This document shows positions 58,213 to 64,000 of a DNA stretch of 64,000 nucleotides, one piece after another (the first letter of the stretch is position 1; every line of letters begins with the position of its first letter). The notes beneath the pieces were generated by a model. It was not told where the DNA came from, made no database searches, and saw nothing but the letters and a program-made list of their open reading frames with translations. The stretch is from Pseudovirgaria hyperparasitica (taxonomy: Eukaryota), in assembly GCA_010093815.1 (NCBI GenBank), contig ML996583.1; one strand, 5' to 3'. Made by a program: the position numbers and the translations under genes.

Positions 58213-61200
58213 CTAATGCGTAACCCCCCTAGCAGCCTGCAACACAACCCCAAACACCAACCCCCTCGCCACACCCCTAACCTGCAAACAATCAAACACC
58301 CTGCCCAACGCCTCGCCCGTAGCCCCCTGCCCCATAACCCCGACCAACGCAGCCGGCATCCCCCTCTCAACCAACAACCGCCGCGCCTTCACCCTCAACG
58401 CCTCCTTTTCCGCCTCCGACATCTCACTCGGCCACGCGGCCAGCTCCTCGGGCGTAGGCAGTGTATTCGCGCGGAGGGAGCGCAGATGGTGCGCGATCCC
58501 CTGTGGCGAGGTATTTGCGTCGAGGATGGAGTGTTGGAGGAGGGTGCGGAGGGAGTCGAGTTGGGGGTTGCCCGGGCGGAGAAGGAAGGTTTTTGCGGCG
58601 GTTAGGAGGGTTTTGCGGATGTTCCAGGCGGAGCTGAGGGTGTAGAGTTCTGTGATGATGGCGAAGAGGAGCTCGACTGCGACTTGGGTTTCTTGTTCGG
58701 AGATGGGGGGTTTGGGGCGCGGGGGTGGGCGTGGGGGGTTGGGTGGTTCGGGAGCTGGGTTGTCGGCGTCGGGGGCGGAGTCAGGCGGCGGTGCGGTGTG
58801 GGGTTCTGGGTCGTATTCTCTGCGGAGCGGGGATAGAGGCGCGCTGGCGGGGTTGAATGTGAAGTCGTCGGCGATCTCGGTGGGTGGGGGTGGGAGGTTG
58901 AGGATTTGGTCGCCGCCCATGACGGGGGAGAGGTCGCCGCTGTCGTGGATGGAGCGGATGGAGGGGGCGCGGCTGTGATCGCGGCTGGAGATGCCAAAGA
59001 CGGAGGAGCGACGGGAGGATGTCGAGGGCCGTGATTGGGGTTCGTAGCTGGGACGACGTTCCATCTGGGGGACAGGGGTGGGTTGCGTGTCTACGATGGG
59101 TCCGGTGCGAAGACTGTCTTGACTTTTTCGGAGGCTGTCTTGGTCTTTTCGGCCTAGTTGGGGCAGTGGTGACACCGTGCTTACTGAGCGCCCTCGTGGC
59201 TCGATATCTGGTAGCGGTGGAACTGTGCTCTCACTGCGTTGATGTGAGGCACCGTTCGGCCGCCCGGGACTTGTCACTAGCGGAGCGACCTTCTTCGGAC
59301 CCAGAGCGCCGCCAATCGCTCCGGTGACGCCTCCGAAGAGAGCCTTGCCGCCTCCAGCAACCTCTTTAGGTGCGGAAGTCAGCACGTTGATCATGCCCTT
59401 GCCCATATTCTCGAAAGCTTGAGGCGTAGGCCATCCAAGCCCGGGGAAGCCGCCCTTTCCATTGCCTGTCCGTGCGATGTTGTCCTTTTCAAAGAACCGT
59501 TTCATGCCCTCACTATCAGCCAGCTGCTTGTAGCTGACCGCAGCATTGAGATATCGTTCTAGAGCGTCACGAAGCGACGCTTTCGTGTGGGTCTTCCACG
59601 TAGGCAATTGGGCATGAGACTCTGTGAACCCGGTGACTCCTGATATAACAGAAATACGCTTCAGAATCTCGTGCAAAGTCTCAAAGTCTGCGTATTTCCG
59701 GGCAATCATCCAGCCGGCGTAATGCGACGATTTGGGCTCAATCTGGATGAGATAGTCAATATTTGGCTTGTTCCGAATTATGCTTCGGTCGTTCGGCGCG
59801 GCGTCATCGAAAATAGCCATGTTCGCATTATGTAGTGTGAGAGGAGGAGGATCCTCCTTCTTGCCAGGGACGTCCGACAGCGCTGTGAGCTGCGACGAGG
59901 GAACAAATTGATCGAATGAGGTGAATGGTTGCTTCTGCTCAGCAGCTACCGGCTGCACCGAAGTCGAATATGCCTCCTCAGGTGCAGGTGATGCGACTTC
60001 CACCCCATGGATCCTCAGACCCGCAAGCTCGCCTCCGTCATTCGAGCCATCCTGTGACGACGCCGGCGTAGGCATGCCTTGGGTCGTATTTGTGGTTTCG
60101 GAGAACCCAGAAACACTATCACTGAGGCTCGTCACAGACTTCTTCTTTTCTTCCCCACGTGTTCTCTTCTCTTCCTCTTCAGCAATCATTTCCGTAAGGC
60201 GCTGGGCCTCCTTCATGGCCTCATCCATCGCCTCTTGCGCCCGGCTGACGGTTCGTTTGTGTTTGCCAATCGACTCCTCGTCGTGCGACGCCTCTTGCGC
60301 CTCTACAGCCTTGCTGTGTGCCTCCTCCGACGCATGAATCTGTTCTTTAACCTTCTCCAACTTCTGCCCCGCCGATCCTTCGACGCCCGCGTCGATGACA
60401 TTCATTAGCTCGGGCTCGCCGTCCTCGAGTAGGTATACAATCCATTCGTTTATCCATTCCGGCCTGGAACATTTCTGTATCGTCATTTCGATGATTAGTT
60501 TAGACAGAATCTCCCGCAGGAAGACGTGCGCTGCCTGGCAATTATATGTTTTAAAGTCAAGATAGTTTTGTAGAATGTCCTCGGCAACCATGTCGAGCTT
60601 TCGTGACTGGTGCTTCGTGTCTAGCACGCTTGCCAGATTGCTATCGGGCTTCATTTCCAAGTACGCGCTGACGGCCGTTGCGGCTGACGTATTTGGCGAA
60701 GCGTTGAGGGCCGCGCACAGCTCATTGAGGAAGACGATGACGATTGAAGAGGAATTCGTGAGAAAGTCAAGGAATGCATCCGCAGGCCGTTTTCGAGAGA
60801 GGTGTGAGGACGCAGAAAGTATAAAGGCCGTCAAAGTCTGTCGACATGCCGACGGGAAGGAGTCTTCCGTTGGAAGTATGGGCGAATACCACCACCTAGA
60901 CCACCACTCTTGTCAGCAAAACTCACAATCCACGCATACAGGTGTCATCGCACTTGACATAGTCTCTAATCACAGCGTCCGTAAGCTCATTAAGCGCAGA
61001 CGCAATCTCAGGCTGAAACTCGGAAAAGTCCAGCACCTTCCCAGACGACAGCTTCACATCAAGATCCGCATGATCGTCCTCGTCAGTCATGGGGTCCTGT
61101 GAGCCCTTTGACCGCGCCCGGAGGACTCTGTTCACAATCTCCAACCCAGTCTCCCGCCGCCGCTCCTCTGACGAGGTACCGGAGCTACTCCCGCTTCCTC

Positions 61201-61519
61201 TTGAGCCTTCCCATGTTGCATGTAGGACCACACCCCCGACAACACCAATGAGCACCAGCCCGACTCTGCCAAGAACTACATATGTAGCCGCACTGAGGCC
61301 CACTATGCATGCGCCCAGAGTCTCGTTGCTCGCCGTGGACAGGAAGTGAAGGGCGCGATCGGTGACGGTCTGCGCCGTAGCTTGTATTGATTGAGCATCT
61401 TTGGGTGTTTGTACGGATTTGGAAACGTTCTCCTCGGCGGGAGTCTCTTCTGATTTTCGGTCCTCTATCGCAACATCTGTGTGCGGCGCGCCATCACTCC
61501 GACTGTTCTCCTTCTCCAT
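58213..61519 (-). CDS. PXA-PX-nexin C domain sorting-nexin-like protein
   Basis: N-terminal TM segments, LTDAVIRDYVK|WWYSPILP (intron 60896-60953, PXA), GWMIARKYADFETLHEIL (PX), ELYTLSSAWNIRKTLL (nexin C). Confidence 0.87.
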
Positions 61520-62131
61520 GCTGACTGAGGGCGATTAAATGGGTGATGTAGTTGAACGGCGTAACGAAACAGGCGCAGTATGAAGCACAGAATAAGGCAT
61601 CGACGTCGTGATGATAGCGGCCGTGAGAGTGGGTGCTCGTGAGGGAAGAAACGCTTTAGAATATTATGACATTGAGATCTGGTGTTCGCTACACGGAGTT
61701 GGATTGGTTTGCCTGCAGGCGACAATTGACCGCGGTTGGATGGTTGGTTGGTGGTCGGACCCATATGCCAAGAGCCCCGGAGTAGCTTATTTTGGCCCTG
61801 GCAGCTCGGGAGCAGGGGCCACCTAGGATTTAATTAATTATTAGGGCAGGGTCCCAGAAAAGGGGTTGGCCTGCGACACGCACGAGAAACCAGATTTATT
61901 TTCTGATGTGATGATGATCAGTAAGCGGCTTGCGGCAGTAATACATGTGTGACGGGCCTACATATCAAATGGTAGTAGTCTTCATTGATACACGCCCAAG
62001 CACACACCTCACAACACCTCACAACACAACACAAGAGGAAAATCTCAGCCTTCACAACTGCCAGAAATCTGACAGATTCATTCCTCTTCAGTAGTAATAA
62101 TAATATATCGCCATCTACACATTCGCCTCGC

Positions 62132-62132
<1 letters not shown>

Positions 62133-62163
<31 letters not shown>

Positions 62164-62190
62164 TCACACACACACACACACACACACACA
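62133..62190 (+). repeat. Compound (CAG)n + (CA)n microsatellite
   Basis: Directly visible in the intergenic region. Confidence 0.95.
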
Positions 62191-62662
62191 CTAGAGAGAG
62201 ACATCCAGTCCTACCTATACCGCCATCTCCGGTATCCCAAAGAATAGGAAAAAGAAAGCCCCGATGCTTTACATGTCTCCCTCCCCCAAAACTAAAAAAA
62301 AAAGAAGAAAAAGAAAACAATCATGTACATAGCCAGATCATGTGCAGACCCGATCTTCATCCCGGATGGTACGTACAGCCAAGGGCCGTCCAGGCCCACG
62401 TTTTTCCGACGTCGAGTCGATTAAATTATGCATATGAGACGGGAAGGCCACACTGCACAGGCAGTGTTGAGAGAGGAAAAACTGAGGAAAGGGAATATGA
62501 ATGGCAGAACGAGGGTATAATGCTCAAGACAAAGTGTCAAGCAAGTAAGAACAGGGAAGTTCGCATGCCTCGTCATCGCCGGTCGCCTGGTCATGTACAA
62601 AATGAGACGTCAACCACATCTCACATCTCTCGTCTCTTTTGACAGTGCAGCTTCTACAGCAG

Positions 62663-64000
62663 CTATACGAGCACCCACTCGCTGCCTCTTTTGATGAACT
62701 TGTCGAGCATCGTGGTCAAATCGGTAAGTACGAAGCGACAAATGTAGAAGCCGAAGAATTCGGCCGCATGTCTGGTGCTCAGCTCCAGACCAACATGAGT
62801 TTGACTGGAGTGTTTGAGACCTGGATCCTCGACTTGGCGCGCAACACGATCTAGGGGCACGGGTTAGGAACATGGCATATGTATGTAAGAATTTCATTGA
62901 CTGACCAACAACTTGAACGGCGTCAAACAGCTTTGCCAAGCTGCTCATATAGAGGGCATTCGGGCCGTTGAAGTCCACTTGACTAATATCGCGCTTCGTG
63001 AATCGAATGTTCGGGAGAGAGGTCATTGGAAGGGAGCTCATCGTCAGCGAGTCTTTGCTCACATCTTTCGTTGCCAAGAGTGACAGACCAACACCGCTAG
63101 GTTTTGAGCGTAGCTTGCGCCAGGAAGTCAGATAGTTTTTGCTCTTATCACCAGCAGCCTTTGTGTTGGCAGAAGGTTCCACCGTATCAACACCAGTGGC
63201 GGCGCCATTGCCAACAGTAGTGGCGTCTTTGAAGAAGATGTTGATCCCACCAACACCGACCTCGCTGCCCAATTTCTTGCTTAGATTATTTTGCACTTGG
63301 TCAAGAATCACCTCAAGACCTTGCATCTCTTCGAGTACGGCATCCGCGTCCAATGTATCGACACTTCCCAGCTTCATTAGAGCTGCGGTCAAGAGGTCAC
63401 AGTTTGCAATCTTCTCTTCCGTTGCTTTTATTTTCACACCCTTGACACTCCATACATCACGTGGTACGAATAGTTTTGTGCTGAGGTAGCCACCGCGGGG
63501 GTGAGCAATGGTCTGGTAGAAGCAGCGCATCAGCCAGAACGGACGCAGGAGGTACGAATCCGGACAAGGTTCCAGCGGTATAGGCGCGTTGATGGCCATT
63601 GGATTTGGCGAGCCAGGGCTGTAAGGCGAATGAATGTCAGCTTCAAAAAGTTGTATACCGGCGCTGATGAGAGGCTCGTTGGAGAAACCCGGGAACATTG
63701 GAGTCAACGGTACGGCATTGCTCTGCTTTCGCATACTAATATTGGAGAATGTGCTGCTCAGCGGGGTATGTCCAGAAATATCCGATCCGTCCGGGCTAGA
63801 GATGGACAAAGCACGATTTCGCAAGCTTAGTGATGACTTGTTCTTCCTCAGCGCGCCTATGCCACCTCTCGAGCCCTTCAATGACGTTGGTGACGACGGA
63901 ACCATGGTCTGCTCGCTAGATTGGACGCGAGTCAAGGTGGAGGCAACCGGCGAGTTCGCGGCTGGCTCAGATGGACTGGGAGCCGGGACGATGGGTGGTG
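62663..64000 (-). CDS. 3' part of a conserved fungal protein (family often carrying an N-terminal MIT domain); 5' end outside window
   Basis: PCPDSYLLRPFWLMRCFYQTIAHPRGGYLSTKLFVPRDVW; intron 62851-62905 joins QVV-D-RVARQVEDPGLKHSS…LDKFIKRGSEWVL. Confidence 0.75.

Overview
Eukaryotic DNA from a filamentous ascomycete (short GT-AG introns with CTAAC-type branch points, Zn2Cys6 factor, HET/NLR genes, TpA-rich RIP-like scars). The window has two parts. (1) An accessory block, about 1-36 kb. It starts with degraded relics (1-3.5 kb). Next comes a roughly 21 kb secondary-metabolite cluster with no PKS, NRPS or terpene synthase. It is built around a UbiA prenyltransferase plus a QutC-like dehydroshikimate dehydratase (pseudogene), Zn2Cys6 regulator, FAD monooxygenase, O-methyltransferase, two BBE-like FAD oxidases, cupin, SDR and P450, and three of these genes carry small lesions. 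After that lie a head-to-head pair of a HET-NB-ARC-TPR NLR and a stand-alone HET protein, and a non-autonomous hAT-type element (TIRs, 8-bp TSD) sitting inside a decayed TPR gene. The block ends near an intron-containing tRNA-Glu(CTC). (2) A mostly housekeeping block, about 37-64 kb: Agd3-like deacetylase, FLC/TRP-like channel, stomatin, SDR, CAP20/perilipin, RPL27, SOF1, PXA-PX nexin and a partial conserved gene, with microsatellites and one 10-N gap. Exon boundaries were read by eye and family calls come from motif recognition, not database searches.
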